IMG/VR virus record: IMGVR_UViG_3300031732_000043
Span: 1-45,895 of that record
Strand: one strand, 5' to 3'
Length of the DNA: 45,895 bases
Source: a virus
Taxonomy: Duplodnaviria; Caudoviricetes
The notes under the pieces: generated by a model
Database searches by the model: none
Told to the model about the DNA's origin: nothing
What the model saw: only the letters and a program-made list of their open reading frames with translations
Shown: positions 37,342 through 45,723 of the stretch, one piece after another
Layout: every line of letters begins with the position of its first letter
Numbering within the stretch: position 1 is the stretch's first letter
Made by a program: the position numbers and the translations under genes

Positions 37342-37672
37342 ACAGATCGAACTGGCCGATGGCGTTCAGGTGGAAGTGGCCGAAGATCCCGAGGAAGCCG
37401 AACTGGTGGCCACGGCAGCCACGGTTTCGGTCGAAGAAACGGTTTCCACGGGTGATTACGAATCATATAAGCCGTATGCCAGCACCAGGGTGCAGATCAC
37501 CCCTGGGATTCGGCTGGCCAGCGAAAACCACGAACTGGCGTTACGGCAGCGGCTGCTGAACATCCACCGGCAGGTGCATCAGGAAGTGCAGCGGATGATC
37601 GATAACCGGCTATCTGAACCATCCTTCGAGAATTGGGAAGCGAAGATGCTGGGTGATCAGGATGGATCCTGA
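37331..37672 (+). CDS. Hypothetical protein
   Basis: TVSTGDYESYK motif seen in phage hypothetical proteins; acidic. Confidence 0.65.
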   Translation: METEQIELADGVQVEVAEDPEEAELVATAATVSVEETVSTGDYESYKPYASTRVQITPGIRLASENHELALRQRLLNIHRQVHQEVQRMIDNRLSEPSFENWEAKMLGDQDGS

Positions 37673-37997
37673 AGAAGTTCCGAACCCAGATGAAGGTGGA
37701 ACTGATCCCGAGGTTCCCACGGCCACGGTGGATGATACGCTGGTGGTGGAAGATGGCGAACTGATCCTGCCTGATTATCTGGTGGGATACGTCGGTGACT
37801 TCACCATCAGAAGCCCGAACGCGACAGGCAAAATGGACACCACCGAACACGGCCTGGGTGAAACTTCGAGCCTTCTGGGTGTTGTTCCTGAAGATGGGGA
37901 TTATCACAGTGATCTGGAAGCCGGGATGCTGGCCATCCAAACCGAAGAACATCCAGAAAAGGTGTTCAGAATCGTAGAAGGTGGTGACGGTGCCTGA
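37662..37997 (+). CDS. Hypothetical protein
   Basis: Acidic, coupled. Confidence 0.65.
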   Translation: MDPEEVPNPDEGGTDPEVPTATVDDTLVVEDGELILPDYLVGYVGDFTIRSPNATGKMDTTEHGLGETSSLLGVVPEDGDYHSDLEAGMLAIQTEEHPEKVFRIVEGGDGA

Positions 37998-38403
37998 ACG
38001 CACCATCACATACTGGCTGGTGGTGGACTGGAAGCGTGAAAAGATCAAAGCCAGGAAAACCGAACCCAGCCAGTCGGAACTGGGAACGAACGAACTAAAG
38101 GTGGAAGGTGAAATCACCATCCAGAAGCCTGAAATAGAAGTTCCGAAACTGGCCGCTGAACTGAAGATCCCCGAACCTCGGATCAGGCGTGTGCTGGCCG
38201 AAGGGATGGATGTGGATCACCCCGACTGGTGGGAATCAGTGGAAGAAGTTTTCGAGGAACACCCAGATCTGGTGGAAGAACGTGGCGTGGATGCACTGCT
38301 GGGGAAAGTGATGATCACCGATCCTGGCACCCCGAACCCGGAAGATGTGCGTAAAGAAATCCAGGAACGGCTGCACGACATCCACGAACCCAGCGAAATA
38401 TGA
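37981..38403 (+). CDS. Hypothetical protein
   Basis: Acidic, coupled; start may be 37990. Confidence 0.65.
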   Translation: MVTVPERTITYWLVVDWKREKIKARKTEPSQSELGTNELKVEGEITIQKPEIEVPKLAAELKIPEPRIRRVLAEGMDVDHPDWWESVEEVFEEHPDLVEERGVDALLGKVMITDPGTPNPEDVRKEIQERLHDIHEPSEI

Positions 38404-39056
38404 TCCCCGAACTGAATCTTATCCAGGCCAGCATCCTGTTCGTGATTAGCCTGGCGTTCCTGGCCGCTGGCACCTGGCTAAAGCGGGTGGGGAACGCCGA
38501 AGCGAAGAACCGAATCAGGCTGATGTGGCTGGCACTTCGAGGCGAGGATTACACCCAGCCACGGATGGATCCAGGTGAAGGCTGGGTGTTCAATCAATTC
38601 GAGGAACCAGCCCACGCTGAAGATCCAGTGCTGGCGTTGCTGGTTAGATCCAGCCGCGCTGAAGCCCGTTGGTATGCACTTCACACGCTGCTGAATCGGT
38701 GGCAGAACGAACGGCACGAACGGCTTCCGATCAATCAGGATCAAGAACTGGATCGGTTCCTTCGCCAGCAGTTCCGTTCAGCCACCGATGAAGCCCGTGA
38801 AGCCATCGAAGCACGTGCTGAACTAACCACAGTCGAAGATGCAGATTCAATGCAGTGGAAATACGTGATCGAAGATCCGGCCACGGGATACCGGCAGGAA
38901 ATCACGATGTCGGAACGTGATCTGATTAGGCATGGGCCTGGCACCGAAACCCTCCCCCCAGCAGTGCAGAACCGGCTGGATCGGTTCGGGGATCAACTGC
39001 TGCACCAGATAGAAACCGAAGCGGATCTGGAACCCAGGATGTCGGGGGTGGCCTGA
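38400..39056 (+). CDS. Protein with N-terminal TM helix
   Basis: LIQASILFVISLAFLAAGTWL. Confidence 0.7.
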   Translation: MIPELNLIQASILFVISLAFLAAGTWLKRVGNAEAKNRIRLMWLALRGEDYTQPRMDPGEGWVFNQFEEPAHAEDPVLALLVRSSRAEARWYALHTLLNRWQNERHERLPINQDQELDRFLRQQFRSATDEAREAIEARAELTTVEDADSMQWKYVIEDPATGYRQEITMSERDLIRHGPGTETLPPAVQNRLDRFGDQLLHQIETEADLEPRMSGVA

Positions 39057-39059
39057 TCA

Positions 39060-39401
39060 ATGACGAGAAACCCACCCTTTAGCCTGGATGATCGAACGCT
39101 CGAAGAAGTGCTTTCCACCCCAGCCCATCCTGCATCTGGCCGGATCGAATTGGCCGTGGGTGTGGATGAACTGAAAGTGGGATGTGACTGCATCAGCCAG
39201 CTACGGAAGCCAGAACCGAAGCCACGGGATCCAGACCCAGATCTGCCGGATGATCTGCCCGAAGATCCAGACTGGGCTGATCCCACCACCATCGAATCAT
39301 ATGATAAGTGGTGGCTGAAGCAGTGCAGAACGTGTGGTGGGATATTCTGGCGGCACGATGTGAAAGCTGATTATGGTGATCCACGGATGGACATACGATA
39401 A
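39060..39401 (+). CDS. Hypothetical Zn-binding protein
   Basis: CDC and CRTC; Pro/Asp linker. Confidence 0.6.
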   Translation: MTRNPPFSLDDRTLEEVLSTPAHPASGRIELAVGVDELKVGCDCISQLRKPEPKPRDPDPDLPDDLPEDPDWADPTTIESYDKWWLKQCRTCGGIFWRHDVKADYGDPRMDIR

Positions 39402-39404
39402 ACG

Positions 39405-39803
39405 ATGAACGAAAACAACACTGAATCAGATCGGATTTCAGGCGAACAGGGAAGTGTAAAACCCGAGGAAACCCTTACCGATGTCGTTCGGCAGGTGGCC
39501 TTTGCTCGAAGCGATGGCGAAAAGGGCACGATGCGTTCAGCAGCGAACGGTGCCTTCCTGAACTGGCTGGCACAGTTCGCACACTCGGAAGTGGAAGATG
39601 ATCAGGAAATCCTGGCCTTCGCACTGAAGCAGCAGGGATTCGATTCCTGGGAAGATTTCGTGGAATCGTTCCACGCTGCCGATGAAGCCACGATGTCGGC
39701 CAGGAAAACCCTGGAAGAACTGGATGTGAAGGAAAACCTCGGAATCGAAGAAGAACAGAACTTCACCCTGGTGGATCCAGATGAAGGTGATTCAGATGGC
39801 TGA
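39405..39803 (+). CDS. Hypothetical protein
   Basis: Acidic ORF. Confidence 0.7.
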   Translation: MNENNTESDRISGEQGSVKPEETLTDVVRQVAFARSDGEKGTMRSAANGAFLNWLAQFAHSEVEDDQEILAFALKQQGFDSWEDFVESFHAADEATMSARKTLEELDVKENLGIEEEQNFTLVDPDEGDSDG

Positions 39804-40209
39804 AGGGGTGCAGACTGGCGGGGAATACACCTGCACCACGTGCGGTGATCCCCTGAACATCATCGGCCTGATGCAGCACGACTGTGAAGAAGTGCTGTCG
39901 GCAGCCGATCTTTCCCAGGGTGAACGTTCCACGCTGATGTATGTGGAAGCCCGCCTGGTGGATCAGGGGGGTGAACTAGATCTGGAACAGATGAACTACC
40001 ATGATCAGCAGAACCTGAAACTGTTCGGTGCTGCTGGAATTCTGGATGTGACGGAACGCCATCTTTCCGTGAATCACGGGGGGATGGAAGTGGTGAAGTT
40101 CACGGATCGGGGCTGGGATCTGGTTCGGGATTCCCGCCAGATCCGTGCAGCCCAGCACGTGGATGAATCTGTGGACATCGGGGACGTTCCCGAGGAAGGT
40201 GATGGCTGA
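39796..40209 (+). CDS. Hypothetical protein (CxxC plus possible winged helix)
   Basis: CTTCG; ERSTLMYVEARLVDQGG...MN..D...FTDRGW. Confidence 0.65.
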   Translation: MAEGVQTGGEYTCTTCGDPLNIIGLMQHDCEEVLSAADLSQGERSTLMYVEARLVDQGGELDLEQMNYHDQQNLKLFGAAGILDVTERHLSVNHGGMEVVKFTDRGWDLVRDSRQIRAAQHVDESVDIGDVPEEGDG

Positions 40210-40415
40210 TGGTGGTTCCAGTATCACTTCGGCCAGACCGAAGGGGACAGGTGTACGTGAAAGGCCGTGGCTGGATCCCAAAGGAAGAAACCCGCGAATA
40301 TCAGCGAAAGAAGCAGCGTGAAGAAGTACGTGCAGCACACGCTGAAGAAATGTGGCGAAAACACCGAAAACACCGTATCAGGCAGGGAATCGGGCTGATA
40401 TTCGGTGATAACTGA
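40209..40415 (+). CDS. Small basic protein
   Basis: Coupled ORF, R/K rich. Confidence 0.55.
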   Translation: MVVPVSLRPDRRGQVYVKGRGWIPKEETREYQRKKQREEVRAAHAEEMWRKHRKHRIRQGIGLIFGDN

Positions 40416-40825
40416 TGGCCCACCCACTGGCGTGGAAGCGAACGGTGGAACTGGCTGATGCACAGCTTCGGATCAGCCGGAACAGTGTGCTGGGCTTCGA
40501 GGAAGATGAAGATCCCCAGCAGGTGATCCCGCTGCTGATCGATCACGGCCTATTCCAGCAGCCGCTGGGGGACCACCGAGAACTGCACATGAACGGTGGA
40601 AATGAACCCATCCAGATTCAGGTGCAGAACAGCCGTGGTGAAGGAACGTGGGAACTGGTGCTGGAACCTGGCCAGGCGAAAATCACATATCGTGGCTGGC
40701 TGGATGCAGTGATCACCCCATCGTTCGGGTGCAGCATCCTTTCGAGTGAAGAAACCACCATCAGGCGAATCGAACACGAACTGAATCGGATCGGTTATTC
40801 ATTCGAGGAAGCGGAAGGGGGTTGA
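40415..40825 (+). CDS. Hypothetical protein
   Basis: Coupled ORF. Confidence 0.65.
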   Translation: MAHPLAWKRTVELADAQLRISRNSVLGFEEDEDPQQVIPLLIDHGLFQQPLGDHRELHMNGGNEPIQIQVQNSRGEGTWELVLEPGQAKITYRGWLDAVITPSFGCSILSSEETTIRRIEHELNRIGYSFEEAEGG

Positions 40826-40836
40826 ATCCCCTTCCA

Positions 40837-40910
40837 AACCGGAAATCCATCAGGTGGCAGCGGCTGCCTGGTGGAACGGTTCGGCCTGGATCTGGCCGAT
40901 ATACAGATCC
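40837..40910 (+). ncRNA. Hairpin plus pseudoknot RNA motif, copy E
   Basis: AACCG/CGGTT, TCCATCAGG/CCTGGTGGA, CGGC/GCCG, GGATCTG/CAGATCC. Confidence 0.75.
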
Positions 40911-40930
40911 ACACGAAAGGTGATCGGCAA

Positions 40931-41392
40931 ATGGCTTCATTACTGAACGAAACAGCAGAATCCCTGAAAGCGAAGGGGATCAGAATCGAACGCTGGGATG
41001 AAGATCCCAGGAACGGGAAGAATATCGGCTTCAGATGTGGCTTCGAGGAAACCCGCTGGTGGGTTTCAGCACTGAAGCAGATTCCCCGAAACGAAAAGAT
41101 CGGGATTATGGATCGGCTGGCGACGAAAGCAGCGAAACAGGAAGCGATGCTGCTGATCCGCATCGGGACCCGGCGGTGGCCAGGTGATGCGCTGGTGTTC
41201 AATCCAGATGCGTATCTGGATCACGGCGAACGATACACTGCCGATGAAGGCCGGAAGCAGCGTGGGGAACGCTGGATAAATCTGCCAGCATCCTGGGGCT
41301 GTCGGCTATCTGCATACGTGGATGGCACGGATAAACCCAGGGTTCAACCCACCGAAGCCGAGGAAAAACGGCCTGATGGCGGGTGGTTCTGA
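40931..41392 (+). CDS. Hypothetical protein
   Basis: GGTGA SD motif before ATG 40931. Confidence 0.7.
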   Translation: MASLLNETAESLKAKGIRIERWDEDPRNGKNIGFRCGFEETRWWVSALKQIPRNEKIGIMDRLATKAAKQEAMLLIRIGTRRWPGDALVFNPDAYLDHGERYTADEGRKQRGERWINLPASWGCRLSAYVDGTDKPRVQPTEAEEKRPDGGWF

Positions 41393-41787
41393 TGGTTGAT
41401 TACGGACCACCCGAAATCACCACGCTGGATCCTGGTGATGATGTGAAGGTATATTATCTATCTTCCCGATCTGGGAATGAAGTATCCCGGAAGGGAACGA
41501 TGGTATTCACCACCCTGGTGGATGATGGGGAATTTTACTGGGTTCACACCGACAAAACGGAATCCCTGAAACACCAGTATATCATCCTGTACGAAAGCGA
41601 AACTGAAGATGGTGACCCAGTGGTTCTGGTGACATCCGCCACGGTAACAGCCGATGAACCGAACGATGGTGATCCGGTGAAACCAGGGAAATACCACACC
41701 ATCACCTTCAGCATCGACAGAAAAAGTCACCTGGGGCTGTGCAGTCGGGTGATGAAAGACGGGGTGAACATCAATGTCGAATTATAG
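41392..41787 (+). CDS. Hypothetical beta-rich protein
   Basis: Coupled ORF. Confidence 0.65.
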   Translation: MVDYGPPEITTLDPGDDVKVYYLSSRSGNEVSRKGTMVFTTLVDDGEFYWVHTDKTESLKHQYIILYESETEDGDPVVLVTSATVTADEPNDGDPVKPGKYHTITFSIDRKSHLGLCSRVMKDGVNINVEL

Positions 41788-42196
41788 CGAAAAGGAACTT
41801 CAGCAGTTCCTGCATCAGAATCGGTTTTACACCCAGAAGGCACCCAGCAGCGGCCACGGTGTGATGGATGTCGAAACCGAGGAAAACATCGATCAGGCCG
41901 ACATCGTGGCCATCCGTGATGATGCGGAAATCAGCCAATATGACGGCCACACACCGCTGGTGCTGCTGATCGAAGAAAAGCACCAGGCCGACTGGCCTGT
42001 TTACATCGAAGATCAGGAACGGGATCAGTTACGCCGGATCCAGCAAATGACTGGTGGCACCAGCCTGCTGGCTGTGCAGATCAAAAACACCCAGTATCCA
42101 CACACGTTCTTCTACCTCGAAGATCTGGTGGATACAGGCCAGCACTGGAAGATCCCCGATGAAAGCAGCGGGAAGGTGTTAGATGATGTCACATAA
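41774..42196 (+). CDS. hjc: Archaeal Holliday junction resolvase, Hjc-like
   Basis: SEKELQQFL...KAPSSG...ADIVA...LIEEK. Confidence 0.8.
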   Translation: MSNYSEKELQQFLHQNRFYTQKAPSSGHGVMDVETEENIDQADIVAIRDDAEISQYDGHTPLVLLIEEKHQADWPVYIEDQERDQLRRIQQMTGGTSLLAVQIKNTQYPHTFFYLEDLVDTGQHWKIPDESSGKVLDDVT

Positions 42197-42401
42197 CCGA
42201 TCCAGCGGTATGGGCTTCATCACCTTCACCCTGAAGTTCCTGTTCATCCTGGTGGTATCAGCAACCAGCGTGGGCCTGCTGATCAGCGGTGTGGTGATGT
42301 ATCCAGGCCCGAACGCTGTTGGCTTCATTGGAACCGGCCTGTTCATGCTGGTGTTCCTGGCCATCAGCGGCACAATCACCATGCAGGTGCTTTCACGATG
42401 A
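42183..42401 (+). CDS. Two-TM small membrane protein
   Basis: Two hydrophobic helices. Confidence 0.65.
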   Translation: MMSHNRSSGMGFITFTLKFLFILVVSATSVGLLISGVVMYPGPNAVGFIGTGLFMLVFLAISGTITMQVLSR

Positions 42402-42898
42402 TCAGCGAACAATGGGATCCTCGAATTCCATCCTGGGATCTTCAGGCTGAACCCAGGAAGATCCAGAAATCCAAAGCGGTGGTGCTGGTGAACGGCAAGC
42501 CCAGTGAATTCGCTGATGTTCACGATGGCCCAGCGGTGTATATCGGCAGATCGAACGATCATTACGATCTGTCGGAATCAAGCCTGCACAACCCGTTCAG
42601 CGTGCAGGATCACGGCAGGCTGGAATCGGTGCTGAAATACGCCGAACACCTGGTGGAACAGGTGCAACAAGATCAGAAGTTCAGGGAAGCCGTATGGCGG
42701 TGCCACGGCAGGCCCGTGGCCTGCTGGTGTGTTCCCGAACTGTGCCACGGCCACGTGCTGAACCTGTTTCTGACGTATCGGCTTCGCACCGACTGGAATC
42801 TCGAAACGATACAAGAACAGATTCAGGATCGGGTTCGTTCCCACGTGGATTACCAGATCCAGCAGGGGAACGCAAATCCGGCTGAATATCAGGCATAA
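42398..42898 (+). CDS. DUF4326 family protein
   Basis: VYIGR...NPF...GRPVACWCVPELCHGHVL. Confidence 0.88.
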   Translation: MISEQWDPRIPSWDLQAEPRKIQKSKAVVLVNGKPSEFADVHDGPAVYIGRSNDHYDLSESSLHNPFSVQDHGRLESVLKYAEHLVEQVQQDQKFREAVWRCHGRPVACWCVPELCHGHVLNLFLTYRLRTDWNLETIQEQIQDRVRSHVDYQIQQGNANPAEYQA

Positions 42899-42900
42899 CG

Positions 42901-43974
42901 ATGGCCGAAATCCAAACCCCCCGACAGTTCAGGGAAACGCCAGTGCTGGAATCAGTCACACCCACCGCCTGGGAACCACCGAAGCCTGAACCGTTCGATC
43001 CCCAGGCTGCCTTCGAGGAAGCCAGGGAAACGACCGAGAATCTTCGATTCGCACTGTTCAGCGGTGGGTACGACAGCCTGGTGGCCTGCCACCATGCGAT
43101 GGAACAGGATCTGGCCGATGTGATCCTGCACGCCAATACGCTTACCGCCATCCCCGAGAACACCCAGTTCGTTCGGGACGTGTGCGAAGCGTATCACTGG
43201 CCCCTTCGGATCATCGATTCCCCGAAAACGCTCGAAGAATTCGCACTGTCCACCCGGAACGGGGATCCATACGGATTCCCCGGAAATGCAGCCCACAGCA
43301 TTGCGTTCCGGTGGTTCAAAGAACGGGCCTTCCGCCAGGCAGCGAAGAACAACCCAGCCAGGAAGCCAGATCTGGTTACGGGTGTGCGAAAGCGGGAATC
43401 GGAAAAGCGTATGCGAACGGTGACTGGGGAAACCCAGGAAGTGGATCGATTTATCTGGAAGGCCCCGCTGTGGGATAAAACCGATCAGTGGATGAAGCAG
43501 TATATCCAGGAATACGATCTACCCAGATCCATCGTGGTGGAACTGCTGGATCGATCTGGTGACTGTTTCTGTGGATCGTTCGCTGATCGATTCAGTGAAC
43601 TGGATCGGCTGAAGAACCCGTGGCAGCACATCAGTAGTGATCAGGCCAGTACCGTGTGGAATCTGTTCAGCCTGGATCGGATCATTCCGTTTGTGGATGC
43701 ACTGAAGGAATTTCACGACTGGCTGATGGCGGTGGAAGAACGGGTGCAGGCCGAAATCGGAACAGATGAAGGATACTGCTGGTGGGGCCATCCATCGGAT
43801 GATTCCCCAGCACTTCGCACAGCGAAGGCCGAACTGGAAAAAGAAGAAGGCTGCCAGGTGATGCTGTGCGAATCGTGTGAAGATCGAACGACACCGTGGG
43901 AAACGGTATCAGCGGAAGAATACGATCAGATGCAGAACACCGAGGAAGATCAGGATACCAATGAACGACAGTAA
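42901..43974 (+). CDS. PAPS reductase (CysH/DndC-like PP-loop) family protein
   Basis: FSGGYDS PP-loop, GVRKRESEKR, RSGDCFC, C-terminal CESC. Confidence 0.87.
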   Translation: MAEIQTPRQFRETPVLESVTPTAWEPPKPEPFDPQAAFEEARETTENLRFALFSGGYDSLVACHHAMEQDLADVILHANTLTAIPENTQFVRDVCEAYHWPLRIIDSPKTLEEFALSTRNGDPYGFPGNAAHSIAFRWFKERAFRQAAKNNPARKPDLVTGVRKRESEKRMRTVTGETQEVDRFIWKAPLWDKTDQWMKQYIQEYDLPRSIVVELLDRSGDCFCGSFADRFSELDRLKNPWQHISSDQASTVWNLFSLDRIIPFVDALKEFHDWLMAVEERVQAEIGTDEGYCWWGHPSDDSPALRTAKAELEKEEGCQVMLCESCEDRTTPWETVSAEEYDQMQNTEEDQDTNERQ

Positions 43975-44473
43975 CGCACCGATCACGTATCAGGTAGTGG
44001 AATCGAACGGCAAGCTGGTGATGGAACCAGCGTGGAACGCACCAAACCCAGATTCGGATCACCGAGGTTCAGATCTGGATGAACTGGCGGTGGCCCACCT
44101 GCACATCGCCAGCCTGCAAGGAACAGATGAAGAAGGCAGGCCCCTGCTTCCCCCGATCATGCAGGAAATGGGCTTCGAGGAAGGTGATGAAATCACGCCT
44201 GCCGACATCCTGGAAGCATACGTAGAAGCAGTTCGGCCAGCGGTGGAAGCGATCCGGGAAGCAACCCAGGAAATGATCGAAGCGATGCAGCCAGCCTTCC
44301 ACCAGATGCACCAGGCGGTGCAGAACGCTGCCGTGGATCTGAATCACGGCGGGATCGATCAGCAGGCAGCGAACCCCCGAGAACAGAAACTGCCGGATAA
44401 GATTATCGAAGCCAGGGAACAGCGGGAAGCCCAGCGGGATCACCACCGAAGGCAGGCCGGTGATGAACGATGA
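43961..44473 (+). CDS. Hypothetical protein
   Basis: Acidic; likely ATG at 43961. Confidence 0.7.
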   Translation: MNDSNAPITYQVVESNGKLVMEPAWNAPNPDSDHRGSDLDELAVAHLHIASLQGTDEEGRPLLPPIMQEMGFEEGDEITPADILEAYVEAVRPAVEAIREATQEMIEAMQPAFHQMHQAVQNAAVDLNHGGIDQQAANPREQKLPDKIIEAREQREAQRDHHRRQAGDER

Positions 44474-44625
44474 TGATCGGGATAGCTGCCGTGCTTGCCC
44501 TGATGGGGATTCTGCTGTTCATCACCGGGGTTATCCTGGGGATTTCCATCCAGAAACAGGCGGAAACGTATTCAAACCCGAACCAGAAGCGAACTGTGGA
44601 AGGTGATCAGCGTGGAAATCAGTGA
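44470..44625 (+). CDS. 51 aa single-TM microprotein
   Basis: MMIGIAAVLALMGILLFITGVILGISIQKQ... (manual translation). Confidence 0.6.
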   Translation: MMIGIAAVLALMGILLFITGVILGISIQKQAETYSNPNQKRTVEGDQRGNQ

Positions 44626-45163
44626 ATTAACCGACATGGCGGATGGATACGAACCGTGCGACCCGAACAGCCAGCCATCCCGAGAACTTCAGGATCACAT
44701 CATGGAACCCGTCGATCAGTGGCTGCTGGATCACGGTGCTGTAGATTCCGATGTTGTGGAAGATGCGATGGCGGTTTGGCAGGAACTGGGGAAGCCCGTG
44801 CTGGATGAAGATACCATCCCAGTGGATGTGCAGGAAGAACTGGATCACCTGGATCCAGATACGATTCGGCAGGTGCAGCCAGCGGTGGTGAAGAATTACG
44901 CCGAACGACTGAAGCCGATGGTGTTTGAATCCCTGGGCCTGGCAGCCATCCCGCTGAATCTGCTGGCCAGGATCGAAAACGACGCGGTAATCATTGGCCA
45001 GATGTTCGGCGTTCCCCGTGATGATGGATACGTTCCCGTGTTGATCCTCGAAACCACCGTGGCCGGTAGGATGGATAACGCACTGTCACAGATGCACGGA
45101 CTGTTTCACCTGCTGAACGACTGTTACAGCGAAGATCCCGAGGAAATACAGGTGATGCTGTGA
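44603..45163 (+). CDS. Hypothetical protein
   Basis: Acidic ORF; start uncertain. Confidence 0.7.
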   Translation: MISVEISELTDMADGYEPCDPNSQPSRELQDHIMEPVDQWLLDHGAVDSDVVEDAMAVWQELGKPVLDEDTIPVDVQEELDHLDPDTIRQVQPAVVKNYAERLKPMVFESLGLAAIPLNLLARIENDAVIIGQMFGVPRDDGYVPVLILETTVAGRMDNALSQMHGLFHLLNDCYSEDPEEIQVML

Positions 45164-45717
45164 TGGATGAACCAGATACAGAACCCGATGAACAGGAAGT
45201 GGAACTACCCCCTGCACCACAGCAGGATGAACTAAGCGGGATTAGCGAACGGCTTCAGCGGTATAACCAGAAAATCCAGGAACAGGCGTTCCTGCTGGGA
45301 TACCGAAACGGCTTCAGGGAAGGTGAAATGGCCCAGGGACTGATGATCGAATCCAGGCGAAAGCAGTTATCAACCGAACGGGAAAGCACCCGCCAAGCGT
45401 GGCAGGAAGTGGAACACTGGCTGGTGCAGAACGGGGCCTTCCTCGAATCCGATCAGGATGCAGAAATCACGCACCCCCCTGGCCTGAACCTGTATCTGGG
45501 GGCCTTCGAGGGAACGCCGATGATACAGGTGGCAGGTGAACGCATCGCTGTCGATGATTTCCAGATGAACTGGGAACCAGTCCCCAGCGGCAGGCCACAC
45601 GATGGCTTCAATCCAGCATCGGAATCAGGAACGATTCAGGTAGATCTACGCTTGGATCTGCCTGAAGATTCCGAGGAACGCCAGGCACTGATGGAATTCC
45701 TGGAAGGGATGCGGTGA
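45160..45717 (+). CDS. Hypothetical protein
   Basis: Acidic, coupled. Confidence 0.7.
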   Translation: MMDEPDTEPDEQEVELPPAPQQDELSGISERLQRYNQKIQEQAFLLGYRNGFREGEMAQGLMIESRRKQLSTERESTRQAWQEVEHWLVQNGAFLESDQDAEITHPPGLNLYLGAFEGTPMIQVAGERIAVDDFQMNWEPVPSGRPHDGFNPASESGTIQVDLRLDLPEDSEERQALMEFLEGMR

Positions 45718-45723
45718 TCTTCA

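Noticed and set aside
31219-40910. Five-copy motif as hammerhead ribozyme, tRNA or simple terminator
   Set aside because: No CUGANGA core, no cloverleaf or T-loop, and no U-tract after the stems.
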